Of a stretch of DNA of 63,111 nucleotides, positions 18,980 through 27,577 are shown piece by piece. How positions within the stretch are numbered: position 1 is the stretch's first letter; every line of letters begins with the position of its first letter. The notes beneath the pieces are model-generated. The model worked only from the letters and a program-made list of their open reading frames with translations, made no database searches and was not told the DNA's origin. The position numbers were made by a program, and so were the translations under genes. The stretch lies in assembly GCA_033178465.1 (NCBI GenBank), contig GCA_033178465.1_4726.1. One strand, 5' to 3'. The DNA comes from a phage.

Positions 18980-20281
18980 ATGACACCTCGTGAATATTTC
19001 CTTTACGCGATGCGTGAAGGGCACTACCGTTATCTTGAATGGATTAACGACGCATTTGCTTTTACGGAAGGTGGTGCTGAGAAGTATCAGCCTAAATTAC
19101 GTCGTCAAGGTAACGTCGTTACGGTTACCATCGACGGTGAGGAACATCAATGGGAAACCGAGCCAACAAAACCCTTGTTGAGTTTCTGGGAGCCATTGGA
19201 GCTCGCACCTGGTGATCTACCGTCGGTTAAGAATACGACCACCACAACCTTCGGTGAAGCGTTGTTCAATATGTACGTCCTTTATGATGCTTTTGGTATT
19301 CAGATTGAATATCAGGCAGGACGGTTGACCAGCGGTACACTGGAATCACTGATTGCACCACGCGTAGCGGACGATCCCGAAGAGGGGATACCCGATCCTA
19401 ACGAACGTCCTATTGGCCCGCTGTACGCAAGCGAAGTGAAGAATTTCACCAACAATATTAGTGCGTTAACCGCTATCAACCGTTTAATTGTCCCATCGAT
19501 GAGCGATAAAGCGTTAACGGTCGATGATGATATTATTGCTTATCGCGATAAAGAGTTAGCACGCCTACAAGAGGAAGGTAAGTTCACGCCTGAAGAACTG
19601 ATCAAACTCGAAGCCACGCTAACCAAAATGGATAAGGAATCCTTTAAGGGTGATGAATCGGAAGGGTTCTATATTAACCCTGGCAAGAGTTTCGGTAATA
19701 CTCGAAAGAAAACGCACATCATGATGGGGGTTGAAGCAGACTTCGTTGACCCTGGTAAACGTAACGTTATCACACACAGCCTGGCTGAAGGGATGCGCGT
19801 CGACCATTGGGCGGAGTACAACAACAGTGCACGTGCAGGTTCGTTCTCACGTGGCGCACTGACCGCTTTAGCGGGACAGACGGCGAAAGAATCACAACGT
19901 GCGACACAGAACCTTAAAATCACGATGGACGACTGTGGTACCCACGAACATATTCTGTTCACGGTAAACCGCGATCATATCAAAGATAAGCTGCTTGTCG
20001 GCCGTTACATGATCGACGGTGCAGCGCTTAAACTTATTGATGCTGAATTACTTGCTTCCTTGGAAGGACAAACCATCAAGTTACGTGATCCTCAACGTTG
20101 TAAAGCAGGCCCATTGGAATACTGTGCTACCTGTTGCGGTAACGCGATGGCTCCAACCCCAGACGCGATCGGGGCAGAGATCACCGGCGTAAACAACGTT
20201 TTCATGAACACTATGATGAAAGCAATGCATAACGCCAGTGTATCGTTAGCGCCTTACGATCCTGAACTTTACATTAGTTAA
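18980..20281 (+). CDS. hypothetical protein
   Basis: 433-aa ORF, AAGGAG RBS; C-terminal Cys cluster (CKAGPLEYCATCCG). Confidence 0.75.
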   Translation: MTPREYFLYAMREGHYRYLEWINDAFAFTEGGAEKYQPKLRRQGNVVTVTIDGEEHQWETEPTKPLLSFWEPLELAPGDLPSVKNTTTTTFGEALFNMYVLYDAFGIQIEYQAGRLTSGTLESLIAPRVADDPEEGIPDPNERPIGPLYASEVKNFTNNISALTAINRLIVPSMSDKALTVDDDIIAYRDKELARLQEEGKFTPEELIKLEATLTKMDKESFKGDESEGFYINPGKSFGNTRKKTHIMMGVEADFVDPGKRNVITHSLAEGMRVDHWAEYNNSARAGSFSRGALTALAGQTAKESQRATQNLKITMDDCGTHEHILFTVNRDHIKDKLLVGRYMIDGAALKLIDAELLASLEGQTIKLRDPQRCKAGPLEYCATCCGNAMAPTPDAIGAEITGVNNVFMNTMMKAMHNASVSLAPYDPELYIS

Positions 20282-20306
20282 CCTTGTTAAATGAAAGGAA
20301 ATAAAC

Positions 20307-20933
20307 ATGAGCAAGAATAAAGACCAACGTTCTGCAAAAATGGACGAGGAGATTACTGCGGTAGAAACCACCGTTGCAGATGCTCCGGTTAGTGATGTTG
20401 TAACACAGCCGGAAACGGTCGCTGTTGAGAAGAAGGAAACCGTTGTTGAAGAAAAGCCTGCGAAACCAGCGGTGAAAGAATCGCCTGCTGTTTCTATCGT
20501 GGCTTCTCGTGCCGCAACCCTGGTTGCTCCGTTCCAGAAATATGCGGAAGAAATGGGTCCGACCATGCCGCAAACGCCGCAGTCGTTGATCCGCCATCAG
20601 CGGTCTTTAATGTCTGCTTTCCGTGCGTTACTGGATGTGGATAATCCTGAGGTTTTCCGCACCGCCTTTGCTGATATTCTGAAGATCTGGAAAGATAACA
20701 GCGAAGGGGCATTTAACGCAAACCGTTATCTGTATCGCGGTATCGATAACATGCCGCTGGACTACCATACCCGCATGGCTTTCCTGACAGTACTGCGTCT
20801 GATGGATGCGATCTATGATGAAAGCCGTCGCCAAGTTGAAATCCGCGCTATCGACCTTAATATCGCAATTCCTGAAATTGCTTACTTCGATACGCGTAAC
20901 TATCTGGCAGGTTACATGCGTCGCTTTGCATAA
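20307..20933 (+). CDS. hypothetical abundant protein (host-optimised codon usage), Lys/Glu/Val/Ala-rich N-terminus
   Basis: 208-aa ORF, AAAGGAAA RBS; codon choice dominated by CTG/CGT/GGT/GAA/AAA/ACC unlike neighbouring genes. Confidence 0.75.
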   Translation: MSKNKDQRSAKMDEEITAVETTVADAPVSDVVTQPETVAVEKKETVVEEKPAKPAVKESPAVSIVASRAATLVAPFQKYAEEMGPTMPQTPQSLIRHQRSLMSAFRALLDVDNPEVFRTAFADILKIWKDNSEGAFNANRYLYRGIDNMPLDYHTRMAFLTVLRLMDAIYDESRRQVEIRAIDLNIAIPEIAYFDTRNYLAGYMRRFA

Positions 20934-21146
20934 CGTCTAATGCGACGTAACGGGATTGCTGTCGTTACGACGTAGGAGGTGATCCTGATCTCCCTCACTC
21001 GCGGGGTGATGCGATAATCGTCGTGAGCTTGTCGTGAGAGATTCTCATTGCGGTCATAAACTCTTCCCGCCCCATATAAGGGCAGGGAAGGGCTTTATGC
21101 CGTTGAATTTATCCTGTGCAGAAAATAAAAATAGGAAAAGCACTCC

Positions 21147-21548
21147 ATGAACGAAACACTCGAACAACCCGCAATCTATCGTTGGACATCCGTTTGGAAT
21201 TATTTTTCTTTTAGCGTTGACACCGCAATGCAAGCTGTAATGGATTATAAGAATACCGGCAAAACGAACGAATGGTTAGTCATGCCCTGCGGCGACCTTA
21301 TTCGTACTGAAGGAATGTATTTCCCTAATGCCGGGAAAGACCGCCGTATCCAGGACAGGATGCGTACGACGATTCTGACGAATGGTGACGTCATGATCGA
21401 ATGTTGGGCTGATTACCCCATCGATCGTGAACACCAGGATGAAATCTACCAGCGTTTACGCGATGAAATGGTTGCTGCAATGAAGCGGTATCCGTGTCGC
21501 GTTAAGCTGTATTGCTGGTTAAACGGCAATGCCGTCCACGACATTTAA
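21147..21548 (+). CDS. hypothetical small protein (first member of tandem small-gene array)
   Basis: 133-aa ORF, flanked by hairpins at 21061-21091 and 21554-21594. Confidence 0.65.
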   Translation: MNETLEQPAIYRWTSVWNYFSFSVDTAMQAVMDYKNTGKTNEWLVMPCGDLIRTEGMYFPNAGKDRRIQDRMRTTILTNGDVMIECWADYPIDREHQDEIYQRLRDEMVAAMKRYPCRVKLYCWLNGNAVHDI

Positions 21549-21553
21549 TCTCT

Positions 21554-21594
21554 CTCCCTCTTCCCACCGTCCTCTTGAAGGATGGGGAGGAGGG
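21554..21594 (+). terminator. GC-rich imperfect hairpin followed by GGGTTCTATGCTG
   Basis: CCCTCTTCCCACCGTCC…GGATGGGGAGGAGGG after stop of 21147-21548. Confidence 0.5.
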
Positions 21595-21621
21595 TTCTAT
21601 GCTGTTTATTTCTTGTTAACA

Positions 21622-21680
21622 CAGTTTATTTCATGGCTATATTACTAAGGTGATAAGAGCAAAGTATTTTATCAACTATT
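21622..21680 (+). promoter_or_regulatory. conserved promoter-like element (CAGTTTATTTC-N5-CTATATTAC-N-AGGTGATAA) with downstream inverted repeat
   Basis: 33/36 identical to element at 59784-59819; contains TATATTAC; ~60 nt upstream of gene start 21718. Confidence 0.45.
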
Positions 21681-21717
21681 TAAGATAACTGCAATCAATC
21701 CAATATAAGAGGATGTC

Positions 21718-22146
21718 ATGATGTTACAAGCTATAACCGGGCATATTACCGCTAACTATATTACCGTTGTAGAATTTCTGCGTAAACGAAAATACGAAAA
21801 ACAAAACCCAATTCTTGAAGATAGTACGTACAAAACAAAAATCTTTCGCGTCAATCACAATACAACCGTCGCAACATCTGAAACAGGTTACACAGTTTAT
21901 ATCGACTGTGATGGATTAATCCCTAACGTTAAAGCACGTGCGGCGACACTGTTAAAAGTCAAAGCATTGCTAGATAAAAACAGACCACGCATCACAGGTT
22001 TTGACGGCAAAGACATTGCTTTTGTTTATCACTTCGACAAACGTTATTCATTTTTCCAGTATTACAACCAGGATGGTCTGTTAACGCATAACGGACCGGC
22101 GGTTGAGATTTACAGTCGTTATGCGTTATATGCATCACTGAATTGA
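21718..22146 (+). CDS. hypothetical small protein
   Basis: 142-aa ORF, AAGAGGA RBS; preceded by conserved 36-bp promoter-like element; followed by classic hairpin+T7 terminator. Confidence 0.7.
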   Translation: MMLQAITGHITANYITVVEFLRKRKYEKQNPILEDSTYKTKIFRVNHNTTVATSETGYTVYIDCDGLIPNVKARAATLLKVKALLDKNRPRITGFDGKDIAFVYHFDKRYSFFQYYNQDGLLTHNGPAVEIYSRYALYASLN

Positions 22147-22172
22147 TTTTTCCTGCGTGTGTCTGACGTTTT

Positions 22173-22197
22173 GGTGGGGTTCGCCCCACCTTTTTTT
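22173..22197 (+). terminator. canonical intrinsic terminator (hairpin + T7 run)
   Basis: GGTGGGG-TTCG-CCCCACC followed by TTTTTTT, 27 nt after stop of 21718-22146. Confidence 0.8.
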
Positions 22198-22245
22198 ACA
22201 GCTTTTCATCATTAATTGAACTCAAGAGAATTTAAGGAATTCGAT

Positions 22246-22848
22246 ATGTCAATTACACAATTCGCGAACAGCATTCGTTCCAGTGAAGTCACCGTACAGC
22301 TCCTTAAAGACGAGCTACGCAAAGAACATGAAACCGCAGCCAACTATCTGAAAGAAATCGAAGCGTCAGTTTATAGTGAACTGGATAACGTAGAACGTTT
22401 CTTGCAGGCTGGGATGGATGAAAACATGGATCCAAACAAAGAAGTGTTAAAGCCACGTGTTGACTTTTACGGTTCAGATATCGATCGTGCGATTATTCGC
22501 ATGTATCCTAACGATTATGTCAAGGTCGACCTCAATCCAATTGTAACCAACATCAATATCGACCTGAAAGAAAAGATCGATCTGGCGAGACCTGATGGAG
22601 ATATCTTGCACGCGATGAACGCGATCGCAGTACTGAAAGCAGCTATTGTCGATACACTCAAGGAACGCAATGAACGTCGTCTGGTTATCAGCGTGGATTC
22701 CGATTCATTTTCTTTTTCGGTCTACATCGATGCCGACGGTGAAGAAGGAAATCCAAAAGACGTTCATCGTCAGCTTGCTGAGTACATCGGCGAGAGACCG
22801 AGTTTCGGTATGGGTTCCATAATCGTCGATATGTTAGAAAGCATGTGA
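22246..22848 (+). CDS. hypothetical small protein
   Basis: ATG at 22246 with AAGGA RBS (track start 22216 is TTG); ~200 aa. Confidence 0.65.
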   Translation: MSITQFANSIRSSEVTVQLLKDELRKEHETAANYLKEIEASVYSELDNVERFLQAGMDENMDPNKEVLKPRVDFYGSDIDRAIIRMYPNDYVKVDLNPIVTNINIDLKEKIDLARPDGDILHAMNAIAVLKAAIVDTLKERNERRLVISVDSDSFSFSVYIDADGEEGNPKDVHRQLAEYIGERPSFGMGSIIVDMLESM

Positions 22849-22891
22849 TCGCCCTATCCCAACTAACATTTAGATTAAAAAAGAGGTGAAT

Positions 22892-23386
22892 ATGGATAAG
22901 AAAGTTGAAATGCATGGTATTTGCGGGCGTCCTGCGGAAACGTCTAAAATAAAGGATAGGGTATCAGCTCTTCTCAATTTAGTGCCCAATACCGTACTAG
23001 TTGCATGTTGGGATATTATCGACACAACGATGCTGCGATTCGAGGCGAATTTAAGGAACAACAGTTGCTGGAGTCCCGCTTTGTCGGTTGACGATAAAGT
23101 CTATCTCGTAAACGAGACAACCGATAAAGATAATAATCGTATCGATCGTTGGCGTTTTGCGTTGCACGACAACGTTGTTAGTATCGACGTTATACTGAGT
23201 ATAACAGGTGAATCGTGTATTGCTGTCAATGAAATAGCGGCATACGCCAAACTAAAATTAGCACAGTGTTTTCATTCGCGTGTCCGAGGATTCGATATGC
23301 CCGTTATACTAACAATCAACGGGCACGACGGTTCAGGGCTGTTCGAATTCCACTACGATCCCGACAATGAAAATACAGAAGAGTAA
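22892..23386 (+). CDS. small protein, member of tandem paralogue family (C-terminal …EYxPDNE motif)
   Basis: ATG at 22892 with AAGAGG RBS; C-terminus (…FDMPVILTINGHDGSGLFEFHYDPDNENTEE) paralogous to 23460-23921 and 23921-24385. Confidence 0.7.
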   Translation: MDKKVEMHGICGRPAETSKIKDRVSALLNLVPNTVLVACWDIIDTTMLRFEANLRNNSCWSPALSVDDKVYLVNETTDKDNNRIDRWRFALHDNVVSIDVILSITGESCIAVNEIAAYAKLKLAQCFHSRVRGFDMPVILTINGHDGSGLFEFHYDPDNENTEE

Positions 23387-23400
23387 TTAATCAACGATAT

Positions 23401-23425
23401 CGTGTCCCTTGTTAGGTGGGACACG
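23401..23425 (+). terminator. hairpin after 22892-23386
   Basis: CGTGTCCC-TTGTTAGGT-GGGACACG inverted repeat. Confidence 0.5.
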
Positions 23426-23459
23426 TATCGGTTAAAAGGTGTCGAAGGTGTTAAAAAAA

Positions 23460-23921
23460 ATGACGACATGGGATTCTTACGGTGAGCAGCTGGTAGAATC
23501 GATAATTAAAAGCTTTGAAATACTCGAAGTAAGATTGCAGGAGGACGGGTGCTGGGAATTATTTAACGAGCCCGATTCCGACTCCGAACCTTACTTCTAC
23601 AACCTATCCGTTCCAACAACACAACACGGCAATGCTACGATTGTAGATATCACCGACATCAGAGTTTACAATAATCGTATCGCTGCGACAGCACAATTAC
23701 CTTTCAGCGTAAACGGGCTTGCCGCAAAGCAACTTCTAATGTATACAGCCAACGAGACATTTGGTAAATGCATAAAGTCGCACGGTATCTCGTTCCCCCT
23801 AGCGATCGATTATGAATTATCGGATGGCTGCAATCTCGTTACATTGGAGTATGAACCAGATAATGGAACAGAGAGTGCTGTTATCTCTGTTCCGATGAAG
23901 ATGAAGAAAGAGGTAGAATAA
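23460..23921 (+). CDS. small protein, member of tandem paralogue family
   Basis: C-terminus QLPFSVNGLAAKQL…ISFPLAIDYELSDGCNLVTLEYEPDNGTE; start assigned to ATG at 23460 (alternative GTG 23439/23448 possible). Confidence 0.65.
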   Translation: MTTWDSYGEQLVESIIKSFEILEVRLQEDGCWELFNEPDSDSEPYFYNLSVPTTQHGNATIVDITDIRVYNNRIAATAQLPFSVNGLAAKQLLMYTANETFGKCIKSHGISFPLAIDYELSDGCNLVTLEYEPDNGTESAVISVPMKMKKEVE

Positions 23922-24385
23922 TGGCAACAACGTATTCATTCGAATCTAACGTCAACGAACTTTTCGACTCGCATAAAGACGCTTACGTCACGCCTGTTGC
24001 TGACACCGTCACTCGAAGTATCGAATCTCTCAAACAAAATCTACGCAAATCCGATATTTGGTCGGTGGGACATAGCGATAATGACGGGACGTATTTTACC
24101 ATCGTGGAACGCATCCCAACAATACCGTTCCATAGCGTTTATCTCGACAGTACCGTTGTTTTCTATGTTTACAAGCACCGTATCCTTATCAACATACAAC
24201 TACCATTCAGCGTCAGCGGGGTTGATGCTATACGTCGGTTGTCTGATGTTGCTAATAACGCATTTACGAAATCAGCTATGCCGTGCGATTTCCCTATTAC
24301 GGTAACACTCAAGTTTTCCGATGGTTATGAATTCTACACGATGGAGTACTCTCCAGATGAAGAAGGAACTAACACCAAAGAGTAA
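23921..24385 (+). CDS. small protein, member of tandem paralogue family
   Basis: C-terminus QLPFSVSGVDAIRRL…DFPITVTLKFSDGYEFYTMEYSPDEEGTN; TAATG overlap with previous gene. Confidence 0.7.
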   Translation: MATTYSFESNVNELFDSHKDAYVTPVADTVTRSIESLKQNLRKSDIWSVGHSDNDGTYFTIVERIPTIPFHSVYLDSTVVFYVYKHRILINIQLPFSVSGVDAIRRLSDVANNAFTKSAMPCDFPITVTLKFSDGYEFYTMEYSPDEEGTNTKE

Positions 24386-24399
24386 TTACACGTAAACAT

Positions 24400-24432
24400 G
24401 CCCTTCCCTAGCCGTCAAGGCCGGGGAAGGGC
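24400..24432 (+). terminator. GC-rich hairpin after 23921-24385
   Basis: GCCCTTCCC…TCAA…GGGAAGGGC followed by TGTATACC. Confidence 0.5.
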
Positions 24433-24461
24433 TGTATACCGACTACACAGGAAAAGAAACA

Positions 24462-24902
24462 ATGAACATGAAAACCGACAAATCGATGAAAAAGCGCTTA
24501 GATCGTCTATTCAATGGTCCCACGGTAGCCTCCGTCGTTGAGGATGTTATTACTCAAGCATTCGAATGCGTGGACAGAGGTCTTAATAGTATCCTTGGAT
24601 GGCATCAGAAAGAACGTGAAGGTAAGCTCGTCCAGTGTTACAATGAACGTCACTTTGATGATGGTGGTATCAGTGGCGATTACTTTATCTATTTATTTCC
24701 CGATAAAATCACGATCAACATCGAATTCGATAATGCGATGAACGATCAGGAAATAACATCGATGCGCCAAGCCGCAAAACAAGCCTTCGGACGTTGCGTG
24801 GAGCAATACGATCCTGATGTGTTTATCACGTGCCGCATTTTCATCGAACCGAGAAAATTAATTCAGCATATGTCCTACGGCACCACGGATGATGATATCT
24901 AA
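24462..24902 (+). CDS. small protein, probable divergent member of tandem paralogue family
   Basis: 146-aa ORF; C-terminus ITINIEFDN…VEQYDPDVFITCRIFIEP resembles family pattern. Confidence 0.6.
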   Translation: MNMKTDKSMKKRLDRLFNGPTVASVVEDVITQAFECVDRGLNSILGWHQKEREGKLVQCYNERHFDDGGISGDYFIYLFPDKITINIEFDNAMNDQEITSMRQAAKQAFGRCVEQYDPDVFITCRIFIEPRKLIQHMSYGTTDDDI

Positions 24903-24972
24903 CGAAGGTGAACAACACCTTCAAACATAAATCAATACATCAATCAATCGACATAACCACTAGGAGCATTCA

Positions 24973-25458
24973 ATGAACATCAACTTTACTATCGAATCCG
25001 GCGATTACATGAACGATCGTGATATCATCCCATTCTACCGTGAGGATTTCCGCAACGCTATTCTTAAAACGATTGAGGATGTCTTGGATCTCGCTGAAGA
25101 TCAACTTAGCAGCATCACCCCTGAAACACACGTAAAAGCACGTGACGAAGCTCTGGGTGACTTGTATATACCTAAAGCCTGTGATCGCTGCTGCTTCACT
25201 GATTTCTTCGTGTCTACGCAAGCGGTCGTTACCGACGATGGGAAGCATCACGTGATCCTTATCTTGGCTTCTCATGAGCCTATGATCAATCACGCACTTT
25301 CTTTTACACCCGGGTACATCTATGCCCTTGCAAACAAGCCGATGATCAACGAAATCATTGCTGACATCCTTAGTCAGATTTGCAAAGAACATGGATTCCT
25401 GTCTATTTTCTTAACCGACGCTGACTACAAAGTAACGGTTGGTAACGAACGCGCATAA
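24973..25458 (+). CDS. hypothetical small protein
   Basis: 161-aa ORF, AGGAG RBS; followed by GC-rich hairpin 25463-25499. Confidence 0.65.
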   Translation: MNINFTIESGDYMNDRDIIPFYREDFRNAILKTIEDVLDLAEDQLSSITPETHVKARDEALGDLYIPKACDRCCFTDFFVSTQAVVTDDGKHHVILILASHEPMINHALSFTPGYIYALANKPMINEIIADILSQICKEHGFLSIFLTDADYKVTVGNERA

Positions 25459-25462
25459 ACCT

Positions 25463-25499
25463 CCACCCCTCCCTCCGGCTTCCGCCAGGGGGGAGGGGC
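25463..25499. terminator. GC-rich hairpin between convergent blocks (after 24973-25458)
   Basis: CCCCTCCCTCCGGC-TTCC-GCCAGGGGGGAGGGG followed by CTTCGCATGCG and TTTTCTTTTTG. Confidence 0.5.
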
Positions 25500-26297
25500 T
25501 TCGCATGCGTTTTCTTTTTGTTAGGCGAGGATCAACGGGATGACCCTTATCGTATCACTTGAATCATTCGATGGTCCGCGCTTCCTCTTTCGGACGCGTC
25601 GCATCGAAATGCTCTAAGAGTTCAAACATCGATGGTGCTTTATAAACGATTCTACAGAAGTCTACAGCGTTCGTTTTACCTCCGGTAATAAAGTTGATAC
25701 CTAACTTCCTGAATTGATAGTCAGAGACGCCCTCAATGCGTGATAGCTCACGGAAAACACAGGCTCTGGATAGATTCAACAGGATCTGCCCGTTTGGATA
25801 ACTTGAAGATATATCGAGCTCTTACGATGGCTCAGTAATTTCTATACATGAACACAACGAAAAATAGACCATATCTTAGCCTGTCTTAGATTCGCGTTAG
25901 CAAACCAAACGGTGTTTCTACAACACCTCGACCGACTTCTCCCTTTTCAGAGAATATCCTAATTCTCCTACTCCGCGCAACCGGATGGTCGTTGAACGTT
26001 ACCCGTAGCCTGTCCGTGTTAACCACGCCGACTTATGAAGCCGGTCACGACAGTCCGTAGGGTCTTCGCTGCTACGGTTACCTTATTTCTATCTTCTACC
26101 CTTAGTACCACTGTCGCCTTTCGCTATCCAAGAAAGCAGTGGCTTTTATTGCAACATAGGTAATCCCCTCCAACTTTTTTCTGTCTTTCGACAACCATCA
26201 CGTTTACCCTTTCGGATTGCGTTGTGGTGTGGAGGGGCATTAAAGGTTTCCAGCAATTAAAGAGAGTTCGCCCACTCATTACAAGTAGGGGGACCTG

Positions 26298-27488
26298 TTA
26301 TCGTTCTAATGGAACATTAAATACACGCTTCTTCTTAGGAACTAATTTATTAACATCGAAATCAGGCATGGCGGCAATATCATCAGCGTAGCGGAAGCAC
26401 CAAGGTTGTTTCGTAGGTACTGCGCGTCTATCACAATGGCGACGTACGGTAATCCAGGAGATTCCTAACGCATTTGCAGCAGCAGTTACCGATGGGAACA
26501 CATGTCGCTCGTTCGTCTCTTTATTAATAGCAAGAATACCACGACCATCGGTGTCCTCGACGCGACGATCTTCTCCGAGTTTCCACTCAGGCCAAGGCGT
26601 ATTATCCGTGGCAAACTTGATGTACAAATCGCATTCTGGAATACGTTTTGGTGGATTGTTCACCCACCATTTGAAACGTCCTTTCGGCACGTACGGATAA
26701 GCACGTTCCGCTTCTGCGATACTATTAAAACGACGTTCGATTCGTGCACGGTAATCATAAACCAAAACAGGTTTTGACGTACCTATACACAACCCTGCCA
26801 TACGAGCATGTTGATTGTTCTCAGCATATGTTGCCCATTCGAGGTTATCAAACCAATCGTCACCTTTAATTCCGTTCTTATGGTTTACGGTTAAGTTAAC
26901 AACGTTAGCGTCATATCTCGTAAACGCTAACATGATAGCTCGATGACGATACAATTGCGGTGTAAACCCGCTATCAGGAACCACTTTACGATAAGCGTAT
27001 CCGCCAAGACGCGTACCCTGTTGAACCGTTTTCGTCCACGTGATAGGATCCAACGAAAGAAGACTAATACAGTGTCCTTCTTTATTTATCGCGTAACGAG
27101 ATGCGAACGGAATATAACAATAACCTTCGAATCCCTCAACTTCTAACGGCCCATTACGGAAACGATAGATGTGATTGTTATACGAAAAGTTAGTCGGATC
27201 TCCATCCACAAACAACGATTCAATTTCATCGTAAAGATGGTCTGGTAAAACAACCCGTTCGAGAGCAGTGAGAACGATCATGCCGAGATCGTATTTTCCA
27301 ACGCCTCTATACCAATCGATTTCAACATAAGGGACACCATCTACAACTTCGTAAGGGACGACCCTATCTTCTTTATAGTCGTACAACTCGCCATCTTCAA
27401 ATATACGATAACGACGATTGGTATACGGTAAATAAGCTGAATCTCGATAGTCAATAGTTCCAGTTTGAGTATGTATAGATTTTTCCAT
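26298..27488 (-). CDS. HNH homing endonuclease with C-terminal helix-turn-helix-like DNA-binding motifs
   Basis: 396-aa ORF; HNH motif NHKNGIKGDDWFDNLEWATYAENNQHA; C-terminal FPSVTAAANALGISWITVRRH resembles homing-endonuclease HTH/NUMOD-type motifs; free-standing next to a DNA-metabolism gene. Confidence 0.8.
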   Translation of the reverse strand: MEKSIHTQTGTIDYRDSAYLPYTNRRYRIFEDGELYDYKEDRVVPYEVVDGVPYVEIDWYRGVGKYDLGMIVLTALERVVLPDHLYDEIESLFVDGDPTNFSYNNHIYRFRNGPLEVEGFEGYCYIPFASRYAINKEGHCISLLSLDPITWTKTVQQGTRLGGYAYRKVVPDSGFTPQLYRHRAIMLAFTRYDANVVNLTVNHKNGIKGDDWFDNLEWATYAENNQHARMAGLCIGTSKPVLVYDYRARIERRFNSIAEAERAYPYVPKGRFKWWVNNPPKRIPECDLYIKFATDNTPWPEWKLGEDRRVEDTDGRGILAINKETNERHVFPSVTAAANALGISWITVRRHCDRRAVPTKQPWCFRYADDIAAMPDFDVNKLVPKKKRVFNVPLER

Positions 27489-27577
27489 CTCGTAAACCTC
27501 ATGTAATATCTAGATGTATCGGCCTCTCTTATGCCGCACACAATTCTTACATGAAGTAAACTTTTACAGAACGAAGG

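Noticed and set aside
18980-20281. Possible Walker A (P-loop) in 433-aa protein (NPGKSFGNTRKKT)
   Set aside because: Does not fit GxxxxGK[ST] spacing; no Walker B recognised; not called as ATPase/terminase
25564-25779. 71-aa minus-strand ORF downstream of HNH gene
   Set aside because: Track start is TTG, no convincing RBS, and the frame is open for only ~85 codons; could be a gene fragment or exon remnant but not supportable as a CDS; discussed under the ORF-free region finding instead
25780-26297. tRNA gene in the ORF-free region
   Set aside because: No GGTTCGAnTCC T-loop-like box or cloverleaf-compatible arms found by eye on either strand; cannot exclude without tRNAscan-SE
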